Positions 1-9,957 of a stretch of 64,000 nucleotides of DNA are shown piece after piece; the first letter of the stretch is position 1; every line of letters begins with the position of its first letter. The stretch spans positions 11,924-75,923 of the forward strand of contig NZ_JBJEIH010000024.1 in the NCBI RefSeq assembly GCF_051876855.1, given 5' to 3'. Position numbers and translations under genes: made by a program. The notes beneath the pieces were generated by a model. The model saw only the letters and a program-made list of their open reading frames with translations. It was not told where the DNA came from and did not search any database. Origin of the DNA: Bifidobacterium sp. GTDB taxonomy: Bacteria; Actinomycetota; Actinomycetes; Actinomycetales; Bifidobacteriaceae.

Positions 1-3000
1 GCTCGGGCTCGGTGTCGGGTTCGGCTGCGCGTGCGGCTGGTACCTGTCGGCATCTTTCAGGCGCTCGCCGCTGGTCTCATTGCTCAATGCCGGGTCGTCG
101 CCGACCACGCGCGCCTTCCAGACATAGTCGACTCCCGTCGGGAGTATGTTGTTGACGTTGAGCGTGTGATCGGAGGGTGTCCACGGGACATCGTACGACT
201 TGCCTTCTGCTGTGAAGGTAATCATGGTTTTGCCTGACTGCCCGTACATGTTCACGGTTCCGCCCATGACGTCGATGGTGTCCGTATCGGTACTGCTCCA
301 GCGCAATTGCGGTGCTTGGATGCCCGCTTTCTGCTTATTCACATAGACCGGGGAGGCGCTGCCTTCGGTCGGTTTGCTTGTCACGCCCTTGAACCGCTGC
401 ATTACGCTGGCCGAAGTGCAGGACTGCCATGGGGCCATCATGAAATCGTGCGACCGTTCGGATGCCCCGGCCTCATAGGGATCGAACCCGCTTGCGTGTA
501 CGGTGTACCCGTCGGCGTGCCCCCGCATCTTCCACGTGACCGTGCAGATGCCGTTGTCGCCGGAAACGGAGACGCGCTCCGGCTTCTCCACGGTGTACAG
601 CGGGGTGAAGGTCACCTTGGCGGGGTCGCTTCGCGTCGCCTTCTTGCCGATGACGATCGCTTCAACGACGTATTCCTTTGTGTTGAGATTACGCTCCGGG
701 ATGTCGAAGGATTCCGACCCGGAGCAGGACATCGTCATGGTGACGTCTCCGGACAGTTCAATGGACTTGCATCCCGCGTTGCGCGTATTGCCGACCGATT
801 CGACGGTGACGGTTCCGCGCGTGTCATCATTGGTCAACGTGACGGTCGGAGCGTCCGGCCTGCCCCATGGTTTCGCATCGTCGGACTGTTTGGAAGGCTG
901 GCTCCAGTTCACGTTGTTGTGCGATTGCACGGTCGCCTTGTAGGATGCGCCGTCGACGATTGTGTTGTTTTCGATGGTGAAAGTGACGCTGGTGCCGGTC
1001 GTTTCAACGGGAGCGGGTGCGTTCGTGCCGCTCAGCGTCACCCGGTACTTGTCGATCGCGGAGAAATTGCCGTTCGGGGCTTTCCATGTGACCGTGACGG
1101 AGCGTTCACCGGCTTCCGCCGTCACATCTGTCGGCGCGTCCGGCAGTTTGTCGGGGGTGCTTTGCACGGTGTTGGATTCCTTCGACCAGCCGACCTCGTT
1201 CTTCGCCTGCACTTTGAATGTGTAGGTTTTGCCGTTTCTCAGGCCGTCCACCGTACATGAGGTAGCCGCGCCACAGGATTTCTGGCCGGAACCCTCACCA
1301 CCCCAGATGACCCGATATTCGGAGATCGGGCTGCCGTTGGCCGATCCGGCCGTCCAACTCAAATCAACCCTGCCGTCCTGTGGTTTGCTGGAAACCGCGG
1401 ACAGGAGCGGTGCATCTGGCTTGTCCGTCACGGAAACGTTGATGGTCCCGGTCACTTCGCGGTCCTTGGCCTGGGTGGCGTCGCGCACGGTGACGATCAC
1501 CCTGTTCGTGCTTGCACCGATGTCTGAGGCCGCTTTGATGGATACCACGCCATCGGGCGAACAATCCACGGTGAATTTCGCGTTCTTGTCCGAAACGCAG
1601 CCGGTCACGGTCAAGGGGGTGTTCGGGAACGGGTTGTAGGCGTCGGACAGCATATTCACCTGCCCGACGGACCCAGCTTTGATGGTTATCGTCTTATCGC
1701 CCAGACGCGCCAACGGTCTGGTGGATGAGGTGACGCGTACCGTCAAGCCGGCGTTGACGGTACCTTTCGAATAGGCGATGGCGATCGGCACATTGACGGT
1801 GGTGCCGGCTGTAGCAGTTTTGTCTGCGGACACGGTCAGTTTGCCGGTCGCACTCACCTTGGCAGTGACGCCGTTGGCGTTCGCCCCACCGGAATACGTG
1901 TACTGCTTTTCGTCATCGTATAATCCGGACGCCGAATGGGTCAGCGCTTTCAAATCGATGGTCGAAGCGCTTTCCCCGGCCACCACATCGATTGTGGAGG
2001 AGGAGAAGGTCGGGGCGGGTACGTCACGCCCGATTACGGTGATCGGCAGGGTGAGCACCGCGGAATTGACGATTTTCACGTTGTCGTTCTTGCCGCGTTT
2101 GCCGTCCGTTGCGGTGAAGGTGATGGAAGCCGGGCCGGCATAGTTGCTGGGCGCGGTGAAACGTAGCGTTTGGTCGTTGACATACAGGTTGTCGTCCGCG
2201 GCTTTTGTGGTGGTCACCGAATCAGCGCCGTCCACGTAGGCGGTTTTACCCGCGCCCACACGAACATAGTTGGCGATGTTGATGGTGATGGTTTCACGTG
2301 CGTTGACTTTCAACGCGGGGGCTTTCGGACGCAGGGTGGGCGGGAAGACGCCGTACGCCGGCACTTGGATGAACGCGGTGGATGTGATGCCGTACGTCGT
2401 GTTCGTCACGGTGTACGGGACCGCACGCGCCTCGTCGGTCAGTTCCACGGTGATGGTTGTGGAGCCCTTGCCGCCTTTGACATGAGCATGCTCCGTGGCG
2501 GAGGGGTCGACGCCCACGCTCAGCTCGTCTGCGGTTCCCGAAGGATTGGCGATCCACTGCGAGACATCCACGTCCACGGATTTCTTGTCGATTGTGGCGG
2601 CTGCGGGAACGCGGTAATCATAAGCGGTCGGAGGATCGATGGGGGCGTTCGCGTCTACGTTCACCGTCAGGGTCGCGGTGTCGGACAAGCCGGCCTTGTT
2701 CTTGACCGTATACGCCACGTAATAGGTGCCTGCCTGTTTCGGCGTGGTGAACGCGAGCATGCCGTCGATGACGGTGATGCCGTTGATGCCTTGCGATTCG
2801 ACGTGTTTTGCGACCGTGAGGTCCGTGTTGTCGCCGCAGATGTCGTTCTGGGCTACTGGTACGGTCGCCGCCGTGTTCGGACGCAGGGTGATTTCGTCAT
2901 CGCGTGCGTACACGCCGGAATCGGAGCCGGAGGAGAAGACGCCCACGCGGATTTGCGCGGTTGCGCGTTGACCGGTCCAATCTTCCACGGCGTAGGAGAA

Positions 3001-5907
3001 GGTGTCGGTGCCTGACGAATCGGCGTACGCCTCATACACCAGGTATGTGGCGCCCACTTCGGTGATTCGGCCGAGTTTCGGTGCCTTGTTGCCTAATCCA
3101 AGCAGTTGCACGTCATCGCCGTCCGGATCGATACCGGTCAGCGTGATCGGGATCTGGACCTTTCTGCCCGCTGCCACCTGGGCCTCCGTGTCCGAGGGGG
3201 TGGGGGCCGCCTTGTCGACGGCGTCCTTGCGGTGTACGTCGATGGTGATTGTGGCGGAGGCTGTGTTACCCAGATTGTCTTTGACCGTGTATGTGACGGG
3301 GTAGGACCCGGGTTCTCCCGTGGCCTGATAGCGCACGGTGTTCCCGGAGACGAACACCAGGCCCTTGAACGTGGCCTTGTCGACCTGCAGGTTGTCTTGC
3401 AGTTTCACTGTGGTCCCGTCCGAGTAGGTCACATGGTCGAGCACATTCACGGACACGATGCCGCCGGTTCTCACCTGCGCTGTGACATTCTCGGCTTTCG
3501 GTACGGAGTTCGATCTGGTCAATGCGGGCGGTTGCAGGGTGATGACACCCGTCGACGATCCGGCGGCATTGGCCACGGTGTATGTCAATTGCACCGGTTC
3601 GGTCGGCACCTGGCGGGCGGTGATGTAGATTCGCTTGTTGCCCACAATGCCGGTTTTGATGCCGCTTTGCGTGTCCGCGGCGACGCTGGCCACTGACAGG
3701 ACGCCTCCCAACGGGTCGACATCGTTGGTCAGCGGCTCGACGATTGCGGTGTTGTCTGCGCCCAGTAGCGCCACATCGTTCGCCGCAACCGGCTTGGCGG
3801 CGTCGCCGGTCACTGCTTGCACCTCCACCCGTACGAGACCGGTCGCCGGGATGGTGCCTTGGATGATGGTGTACGGCACATAGTAGGTGCCCGGGCTTGA
3901 CACGCTAAACGCAATCGACATATCCGCAGCGTTCATGGTGGCGGATACGCCGGGTACGGATTCCACTGATGTCAGTCGGGCGGGTTCCGCGCTGGTGCCG
4001 TGCACATACTGCTTGAGCGCGATGGTGGTGCAGGTGCCGGGCGTGGTCTGCATAGCCACCGGGTCGATCACGGCGGCGAGCGTGTTCGCCGGTTTCACGG
4101 AGAAATAGATCATTCCCGTACCGGTCTGCTTTCCGTCCGACACGGTGACTTCGATGCCCACGCGTCCTGAGGACATGGAACCGGCGTTGAACACAAGTTG
4201 GCCGTCGGCTCGCGTGGAGACGGTCACCTGATCGGTGTTCTGTGGGGATGCCGACACCAAGGTCAGCGGGTCGCCGTCAGGATCGGAGAAGCTTTCCAAC
4301 GCATTGGCGGTATAGGAAGCCCCCTGCTCGACGTCGATTTGTGGAGGAATATCGGTCTGCTGCGGGGCCCGGTCCTCGCCGTCGGCGAGGTTCAGGGACA
4401 CGTTCGCGCTGGCGGTCTGGCCGTGTCCGTCAGAAATCTCGTAGCTGAACGTCACCTCGCCCGCCCCTGCCGCCGAGGCGTCAAGTTGCAGGTACCGTCC
4501 GTCATAAATGGGGAAGACCGTAATATTCGCGCCATCGGGTGCGCTGACCGAATCGATGTGCAGCACCGAGCAGTCGGTCTGCTCATCGTTACGCAACACG
4601 TCGAGAATCTGCTGGGACCCGGTGCGCGCGCCGAACGCATCGTCTTGCGCCCTGATCTGCCCTGACTGGGATGAGCAGCTCTTGCTGAAACGGTGCTGAT
4701 TGCTGGCGCTGTCGTTGTTGCGCTCCTGCTGCTTGGATTCCTTGGTTTCCACCTTGTTCCACTGGATTTTGATGACTTTGGCGGAATCCTGCGGATTCCA
4801 CACATTGCCGTTGATTACGTCGTTGAGGACCACCAGACGATGGTTGGTGCGGAAGACGAGTTGCGAGGTGGGGTCGATGGATTCCAGCGATGAGTATGTC
4901 GCTCCCTCGCTGTTTGCATCGCATGCACTTACGTAGTTTTCAGCCCGCTGCGCCCACGCCGCGAAGACGCATCCGCCGGTCGACACCGGTCGTGCCACAT
5001 CGCCCTTGCCTGCTTTCGGCAATGTGTTGACAGCACCGGAATGCAGATTGACCAAGGCGAGGCCGCGCGGGGTCGCCGCCGCCACCCAGCTGCTCTGCTT
5101 GTCATCGGTGGACGGGGCCTGTAGTGTCACCTTACCTTGCAAGCCGATGTCGGCGCTTCCTTTCGGCCAGAACACCTTACCGTTGCCGGCGACGACCGGT
5201 GTGCCGCCGATGATTGTGAACGATTCAACCCCCGTAGCGTTCTCGATCCGAGCGACCTCATTCGACGAGCCCTGCGGGCCATTAACGCTCAACACCGCAT
5301 GGTCGGACGGGCGATACCCGTACACGACACCATCATGGGTCACGGCGATCGCACCCGAGGAGCCGAGTTTCATGGTCGGACTGCCGCTTGTCGGGTTCAC
5401 CGAGGCGATATCGGAGGCGGAACCCACCCACACGTTCCCCGATTTCGTGTTGATAATCGCCGCCGTCTTCCCGCCGATCACGGTTTCCATATCGGCGGTG
5501 ATGCTGGTGTTTCCGTGCACGCTGACGGTGGAGGCCGCGATATTGCTCGCTTTTGTCCCCTCGGCAATCACGGTGTCACCATCGTGCTGGGCTATGTCGA
5601 AACGCGCTGCAGTCGAGGCGACTCCGGCATCGGCGTCCTTGTTCTTCACGTTGAACCGTGCGGCCTTATGGTCTTTGAGCGAAGTGACCCATACCGTGCC
5701 GTCATCAAGCTGCACATGCGGCTGTGTCACCGAACTGACAATGACGCAACCGGCGACGATGCCGAGCAGCAGAACCAGCATGACGACCGGGGTGATCCAC
5801 CGCCGGTTGCCGGACGGTACCAACCGGCGCATCGGGGCAGGGAAACGCTTCCGCATCTCGCTGGGCGGCGGCAACGGTTGACGTTCGATGAAATTGCTGC
5901 TGCTCAT
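1..5907 (-). CDS. Large fibronectin type III / Ig-like surface protein (Fn3 of PFNA-type operon), 3' end runs off the window
   Basis: ATG at 5907 preceded by AAGGAAGAG. Reads MSSSNFIERQ...WITPVVMLVLLLGIVAGCVIV (TM anchor), then tandem Ig-like repeats; NEVGWSKESN (WSKES at 1174-1188) is in the same frame. Absent from the ORF track, consistent with no stop inside the window; I did not check every codon. Confidence 0.85.
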   Translation of the reverse strand, partial: MSSSNFIERQPLPPPSEMRKRFPAPMRRLVPSGNRRWITPVVMLVLLLGIVAGCVIVSSVTQPHVQLDDGTVWVTSLKDHKAARFNVKNKDADAGVASTAARFDIAQHDGDTVIAEGTKASNIAASTVSVHGNTSITADMETVIGGKTAAIINTKSGNVWVGSASDIASVNPTSGSPTMKLGSSGAIAVTHDGVVYGYRPSDHAVLSVNGPQGSSNEVARIENATGVESFTIIGGTPVVAGNGKVFWPKGSADIGLQGKVTLQAPSTDDKQSSWVAAATPRGLALVNLHSGAVNTLPKAGKGDVARPVSTGGCVFAAWAQRAENYVSACDANSEGATYSSLESIDPTSQLVFRTNHRLVVLNDVINGNVWNPQDSAKVIKIQWNKVETKESKQQERNNDSASNQHRFSKSCSSQSGQIRAQDDAFGARTGSQQILDVLRNDEQTDCSVLHIDSVSAPDGANITVFPIYDGRYLQLDASAAGAGEVTFSYEISDGHGQTASANVSLNLADGEDRAPQQTDIPPQIDVEQGASYTANALESFSDPDGDPLTLVSASPQNTDQVTVSTRADGQLVFNAGSMSSGRVGIEVTVSDGKQTGTGMIYFSVKPANTLAAVIDPVAMQTTPGTCTTIALKQYVHGTSAEPARLTSVESVPGVSATMNAADMSIAFSVSSPGTYYVPYTIIQGTIPATGLVRVEVQAVTGDAAKPVAANDVALLGADNTAIVEPLTNDVDPLGGVLSVASVAADTQSGIKTGIVGNKRIYITARQVPTEPVQLTYTVANAAGSSTGVITLQPPALTRSNSVPKAENVTAQVRTGGIVSVNVLDHVTYSDGTTVKLQDNLQVDKATFKGLVFVSGNTVRYQATGEPGSYPVTYTVKDNLGNTASATITIDVHRKDAVDKAAPTPSDTEAQVAAGRKVQIPITLTGIDPDGDDVQLLGLGNKAPKLGRITEVGATYLVYEAYADSSGTDTFSYAVEDWTGQRATAQIRVGVFSSGSDSGVYARDDEITLRPNTAATVPVAQNDICGDNTDLTVAKHVESQGINGITVIDGMLAFTTPKQAGTYYVAYTVKNKAGLSDTATLTVNVDANAPIDPPTAYDYRVPAAATIDKKSVDVDVSQWIANPSGTADELSVGVDPSATEHAHVKGGKGSTTITVELTDEARAVPYTVTNTTYGITSTAFIQVPAYGVFPPTLRPKAPALKVNARETITINIANYVRVGAGKTAYVDGADSVTTTKAADDNLYVNDQTLRFTAPSNYAGPASITFTATDGKRGKNDNVKIVNSAVLTLPITVIGRDVPAPTFSSSTIDVVAGESASTIDLKALTHSASGLYDDEKQYTYSGGANANGVTAKVSATGKLTVSADKTATAGTTVNVPIAIAYSKGTVNAGLTVRVTSSTRPLARLGDKTITIKAGSVGQVNMLSDAYNPFPNTPLTVTGCVSDKNAKFTVDCSPDGVVSIKAASDIGASTNRVIVTVRDATQAKDREVTGTINVSVTDKPDAPLLSAVSSKPQDGRVDLSWTAGSANGSPISEYRVIWGGEGSGQKSCGAATSCTVDGLRNGKTYTFKVQAKNEVGWSKESNTVQSTPDKLPDAPTDVTAEAGERSVTVTWKAPNGNFSAIDKYRVTLSGTNAPAPVETTGTSVTFTIENNTIVDGASYKATVQSHNNVNWSQPSKQSDDAKPWGRPDAPTVTLTNDDTRGTVTVESVGNTRNAGCKSIELSGDVTMTMSCSGSESFDIPERNLNTKEYVVEAIVIGKKATRSDPAKVTFTPLYTVEKPERVSVSGDNGICTVTWKMRGHADGYTVHASGFDPYEAGASERSHDFMMAPWQSCTSASVMQRFKGVTSKPTEGSASPVYVNKQKAGIQAPQLRWSSTDTDTIDVMGGTVNMYGQSGKTMITFTAEGKSYDVPWTPSDHTLNVNNILPTGVDYVWKARVVGDDPALSNETSGERLKDADRYQPHAQPNPTPSPS

Positions 5908-5957
5908 ATCCTGGCTCTTCCTTGGGCGTGAAATGTACTGTGTTCTTGTGCTCACGA

Positions 5958-7559
5958 TTACGGTCTGATGGCGCATGCCATCGCGGGGGTGTCGGACATC
6001 CGTCTGTCCGCACGGATCAGACTCACCTGGATACAAGTGTGTGCTTCACCGGACGAATCGATTTCGATGGAAGTCGACGAGTTCAGCGTGCCCTGTGCGC
6101 CCGCGGGCGCGTCCGTGTCACCCACAATCGCCCACGCATATGTGTCGCCGTCCTGCGGTTCTGGATTAATCCACGTGAATGTCACTTTGTCTCCGACCGC
6201 GTTGTAAGTGCCGGTAAGATCATGCACCTGGGGTACGGATCCGGAAGTGACCGCGGAATCCGGATCATCCTCCTTGCGTTGTTCCTCGGCGTGATTGTCG
6301 CCGATACCGCCGCTGGAGACCTGCATGGCGCTGTTGTCCAAAGCCGTGTCCATATTCGGCGCGACGGCGAAGACAAACACCAGCGCGAGAACCGTAATCG
6401 CTGCCACCACAGACAGCACGGCAACAAGCGGCTTCACCCACGATGAGCGTTTGTGAGGAATCGCAGTAGACAGGGACTGAGGGGAGGCCTGCGAAACCGG
6501 GCGCAAATCCGCCGGCGCGTCCGCCTCACCTTCGATGGTCGTACGTGTGGCATGACCATATACTTCTTGCTGCGCGCGCTGCATATCGCGAGCGAATTCC
6601 AGCGCCGAATAATACCGGTCCTCGGGAGCCCAGCTCATCGCCTTGTGCAACACGCGCTCAACGGGGGCGGGAATATCCGGACGGTGGAATGCCGGCAACG
6701 GCTTTGCCAAGATGATGGCCTGCAATCGTTCCGCCCGTTCCCTCCTGTGGGAATCGCCCAAATCGTCGGCATACGCGTATTCATACGGGGATTGCCCAGT
6801 CACCATAGCGAACAAAGTGGCACCCAGGGAATAAATGTCAGACGCCTCATTGCCTCCTCCGCCGTTGGCTAGTACCTCGGGCGGCGCCCAAGCGACGGTG
6901 AATCCCACGCCGGGGCCTCCATAGATAGTGCCCGCGATACCGAAATCGGCGAGCATGGGCATATGCTGCGCGTTGATAAGTATGTTGCTTGGCTTGATAT
7001 CGCGGTGAATGATGCCTTTGCGATGTGCGGCGAACAGTGCGCTCGCCAGATCGATGCCGATGGTAAGCATCTGGTCCGCGGTGAGTCTGTCATGTTCGAG
7101 GAAAGCCTTGAAATTGCCTCCCGGGGCGTACTCGAACACGGTGTATCCGTGTCCGGTCGCGGTGATGCCGCTTCCGTAAATGGAAAGAATATAGGGATGC
7201 GCAGAAATCTGGCCCATGAAATCGGACTCGGAACGGAAACGGTTCGCCACCTGCGAATCCAGTATCTGCTTGCTGATTTTGATGGCAACCAGACGATCGG
7301 GGACATGCTGGCGGTACAGGCATACCTCGGCCTCGGAACCTGAGCCGAGCCGCGTGATGGGTGTGTAGCCGGGGATGCGCCCGACTGCGTGTTCTGTGAT
7401 GCCAGTTTGGGCAGCCTGGGTTGTTCGAAATGCTTCGATGATTCGGTGTACTTGCGTGCTCTTTGTGCTCGATGACGAATACCAGGCCTTGGCATCATCC
7501 GGCCTTGCAACAGGTCGCTCGTGTGGGCCACCAAGTGACAGCGGTGCACTGATAGTCAT
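5958..7559 (-). CDS. Hanks-type Ser/Thr protein kinase with TM helix and extracellular domain (Pkb2-like)
   Basis: LGSGSEAEV, VAIK, HRDIKPSN, ADFG, WAPPE motifs; TM LVAVLSVVAAITVLALVFVFAV; ATG 7559 after GGGGG RBS; directly upstream of the fn3 gene. Confidence 0.92.
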   Translation of the reverse strand: MTISAPLSLGGPHERPVARPDDAKAWYSSSSTKSTQVHRIIEAFRTTQAAQTGITEHAVGRIPGYTPITRLGSGSEAEVCLYRQHVPDRLVAIKISKQILDSQVANRFRSESDFMGQISAHPYILSIYGSGITATGHGYTVFEYAPGGNFKAFLEHDRLTADQMLTIGIDLASALFAAHRKGIIHRDIKPSNILINAQHMPMLADFGIAGTIYGGPGVGFTVAWAPPEVLANGGGGNEASDIYSLGATLFAMVTGQSPYEYAYADDLGDSHRRERAERLQAIILAKPLPAFHRPDIPAPVERVLHKAMSWAPEDRYYSALEFARDMQRAQQEVYGHATRTTIEGEADAPADLRPVSQASPQSLSTAIPHKRSSWVKPLVAVLSVVAAITVLALVFVFAVAPNMDTALDNSAMQVSSGGIGDNHAEEQRKEDDPDSAVTSGSVPQVHDLTGTYNAVGDKVTFTWINPEPQDGDTYAWAIVGDTDAPAGAQGTLNSSTSIEIDSSGEAHTCIQVSLIRADRRMSDTPAMACAIRP

Positions 7560-8060
7560 GACAATTCCCCCTGCAATTGTGCATACATTGTCCCCCATGC
7601 GCGTTGGTGTTCGCGCGAATGTATTGGTTGAAATCGTATCCTGTGCCGGGGATTGCGATGACGTGTCTCGCCGGTAACGAATTGCCTTCTGACGCGAAGC
7701 AATGATTCTGGAAAACAGCGATGTTCTGCGTCGTCAAACGTTTCACTTCATTTGTTCGCATTCGTGTTTGTCCGCTGGACGGGGCTATTGATTTCCTTGA
7801 AACGGTGCGGTGCCCATATGTTGAGACGGCGTGTCGGACGCGTGCAGTTGATGTCCCGACGTTGAAGCGGGGCGTCGGCGTACAAAAGCGGCGTATATAG
7901 GAGGGAATGACAATGCGTGATTGGTACTGCTGAGGTATATTCATGAGCATTGATGTCGCTGACAATCGGCTGACATGTATGGAAGGACAACGGAGACTGG
8001 TGGCCGGTTGGTCGGTGATGATTGGTCGGTGATGACTGTCACGATGCATGGAGGAAGGGT

Positions 8061-9179
8061 ATGGGCAATCCGAATATTATGCCGCCAGTTGGCCGCGGTG
8101 GACTGATGCCGCACGATGGGCGGATGCCGTCCGGCGGCCAAGTACCGGGGCAGCTCGGTTCGTCCGGTCAGCTGCCGTATTCGCAAGGGCGGTATGTGCA
8201 GGCGCCATCTCCGTACGGGTCGTATCCGCAGCAGCCGCTGTCATCGGAGCAGCCGCCGGCACCGCAGCAACAGTCGATACCGTCGATGCCTAGAGCGCAG
8301 CGGCAGATATCGCAACAACCTGCGATGCCATCAGTACCGCAACAGCCTGGTCCGCCGGCGCAATCTTCCTTCCGTCCGGGCACTCCCGCGCCATCGATGC
8401 CGAGGTATGCTCAGACTCCGCAACGGTTACCTTGGTCGCAGCAGTCGGTGGTTTCCGGGCAACCGCAGCCTTTGCAACAATCGCCAATATCGCAGCAACC
8501 GCAACCCATGCAACGGTCACCTTGGTCGCAGCGAGTCCCGCAGCAAGTCCTGCAGCAAGGCGGGCCGAATAGCAATCCCAATCCTGCGGCTGGTGTGGTG
8601 GCGACTGAATCACAGGATCATCGTTTCGACCTGCTACCCAATCGAATCGTCAATATCGTGTTCAGTGTCGTATCGTTGTTCATCATGTTCCTGCCCGGCC
8701 TTTCTTGGGGCGTCGGCGCCAGTGGTCTGCGCGGCAAGCTCATATTGGCAGTGGTGCTGCTTGTGGTCGGTGTGGTTGGAATCGTTTACATGCTTGTCAA
8801 GGCGGTGCCGCGACTGCGTCTGGCCAAAGACGTGGGGTGCGGCTGGAAGGTCGGCATGTCCGGGCGGACGGCGGTGGTGCTGACAGCGATTGTGCTGGCG
8901 GCAGGCGGAGTCTTGACGGCGTTCACGGTCTCGGATTATTCAACCGGCCCGGTGACCGACATGGCCACATTCGTGGAAAGGGGCACGCTCAGCGGCTCCA
9001 CGACAAGTGCCTATTACGAATTCCGCACTGACTACGGCAGAAAATTCCGTATTTCGTTGGCGAACGGTGACGAGGGACTCATGCCCGCAGACCTCGAATC
9101 CGGTCAGCGCGTCACCCTGACGTACTACTCGCGGACGGGAATCCTGGTGCCCGATCCCGCGCCAACACTCGCCGAATGA
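8061..9179 (+). CDS. Pro/Gln-rich membrane protein with about 3 TM helices, function unknown
   Basis: GGAGGAAGG RBS before ATG 8061; long P/Q-rich N-terminus, three hydrophobic segments, small C-terminal domain. Confidence 0.75.
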   Translation: MGNPNIMPPVGRGGLMPHDGRMPSGGQVPGQLGSSGQLPYSQGRYVQAPSPYGSYPQQPLSSEQPPAPQQQSIPSMPRAQRQISQQPAMPSVPQQPGPPAQSSFRPGTPAPSMPRYAQTPQRLPWSQQSVVSGQPQPLQQSPISQQPQPMQRSPWSQRVPQQVLQQGGPNSNPNPAAGVVATESQDHRFDLLPNRIVNIVFSVVSLFIMFLPGLSWGVGASGLRGKLILAVVLLVVGVVGIVYMLVKAVPRLRLAKDVGCGWKVGMSGRTAVVLTAIVLAAGGVLTAFTVSDYSTGPVTDMATFVERGTLSGSTTSAYYEFRTDYGRKFRISLANGDEGLMPADLESGQRVTLTYYSRTGILVPDPAPTLAE

Positions 9180-9189
9180 GCGGGGTGGC

Positions 9190-9238
9190 GCGGGCGTCTG
9201 CGGATGTCTGCGGGTGTCTGCGGGTGTCTGCGGGTGCC
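9190..9238. repeat. 10-bp tandem repeat (GCGGGTGTCT), about 5 copies
   Basis: gcgggcgtct gcggatgtct gcgggtgtct gcgggtgtct gcgggtgcc. Confidence 0.9.
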
Positions 9239-9303
9239 GCCGTTTTGATCGCGGTGGTTGCGGTTGCCATGTCTGTTGATTCCGATCTGCGTGAAGGCGC
9301 GCC

Positions 9304-9695
9304 TGTGTGAGGATTGACTCACACGATGGCGGGCCGGGTGGCCGGGCTTTGGGTTCTGGGCGGATCCGAGCGTCAATGTGTGAGGATTGGCTCGCATGAT
9401 GGTGGGTCAGGAGCATGGGGAGAGCTGATTTGGCGGTTCCGGAGGCCGTTGTGTGAGGATTCGCTCACACAATGACGGTTTGGGTGCGCGGGGAGAGCTG
9501 ATTTGGCTTGGTATGCCGTGTCTGTGTGAGGATTGGCTCGCATGGTGGCGGGTCGGGCGGCCGGGCTTTGGGTTCTGGGCGGCTCCGAGCGTCAATGTGT
9601 GAGGATTGGCTCACATGATGGCGGGCCGAGTGGTCTTTGGAGGCTGGTGTGGTGGTCCTTGAAGGCCATTGTGTGAGGATTGACTCACATGGTGG
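9304..9695. repeat. Array A: 6 palindromic repeats TGTGTGAGGATTSRCTCRCAY at 73-bp period
   Basis: Copies start at 9304, 9377, 9450, 9523, 9596, 9670 (spacings 73,73,73,73,74). Confidence 0.9.
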
Positions 9696-9752
9696 AGCAT
9701 CAACCAGTCATCAATCCCGCCTCTTGCGGGACCAATGCGGGGACTTCGCACA

Positions 9753-9804
9753 TTCTGCAAACTGGTTACGCTAACTCCCTTGTCAGGGTAACCAGTTTGT
9801 AGAA
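9753..9804. other. 17-bp inverted repeat hairpin
   Basis: ttctgcaaactggttac ... gtaaccagtttgtagaa (one mismatch, G-U compatible). Confidence 0.7.
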
Positions 9805-9957
9805 AGAGAGCGGATGAGTGATTGCAGCGGTGCAGTGGATCTGTGGGGTGGTGAGAGCGGTGCGGTAGGTCGCTGAGCGGTTCGGCGGGTCACAGCGGTG
9901 CAGTGGGTCAGTGAGTTGTCGGATAGGTTGGTGAGCGGTTCGGTGGTGTCAGTTCGT

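Noticed and set aside
307-5931. Many plus-strand ORFs over the first 6 kb
   Set aside because: Antisense shadows of the minus-strand fn3 gene; no recognisable motifs
9304-9695. Calling array A (or C) a bona fide CRISPR
   Set aside because: Spacers are related to each other, repeats are degenerate throughout, and there are no cas genes in the window; kept as repeat arrays
9725-9745. tgcgggaccaatgcgggga as integrase arm-type sites
   Set aside because: Very short direct repeat, with no integrase or tRNA nearby
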